Assembly (NCBI RefSeq): GCF_044704955.1
Contig: NC_091986.1
Span: 90,706,001 to 90,770,000, forward strand
Length of the DNA: 64,000 bases
Reading direction: 5' to 3'
From: Pristiophorus japonicus
Lineage: Eukaryota
Shown here: positions 63,986 through 64,000 of the stretch, one piece after another
How the letters are laid out: each line of letters starts with the position of its first letter
Numbering within the stretch: position 1 is the first letter of the stretch
Notes under the pieces: generated by a model
Databases searched by the model: none
Told to the model about the DNA's origin: nothing
The model's input: only the letters and a program-made list of their open reading frames with translations
Translations under genes and position numbers: made by a program

Positions 63986-64000
63986 AGCATAAATGCTGGC

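Overview
This is eukaryotic (vertebrate) genomic DNA, very probably from a cartilaginous fish, judging by the CR1 (TATGTTTC)n tails and the SacSINE1-like and LF-SINE-like SINEs. It holds the last seven coding exons of one + strand host gene, BIVM. These exons total 916 bp of CDS (about 304 aa) spread over 7705-62649; every junction is GT-AG and the phases are mutually consistent. The 5' exons lie upstream of the window. The introns are packed with nested transposons: many CR1 LINEs, L2 and RTE LINEs, one full-length degenerate Ty3/Gypsy element, a solo LTR, several SINEs, and a varied PIF/Harbinger set. That set includes a two-gene element (DDE transposase plus a spliced Myb/SANT gene), a second transposase, a Myb-only derivative and two MITE families. 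Almost every long ORF in the supplied track is transposon-derived or its antisense shadow. The best leads are: (1) BIVM carries a papain-like Gln/Cys-His-Glu motif set resembling C39 peptidases and phytochelatin synthases; (2) a 65-bp minisatellite with no stop codon in any frame expanded by exactly six units inside the Harbinger Myb gene, keeping its frame open; (3) Harbinger MITEs carry a covarying hairpin followed by promoter-like motifs and a splice donor; (4) a Myb-only Harbinger derivative. There is no CRISPR array or prokaryotic system. Family names come from recalled consensus motifs, not database searches.
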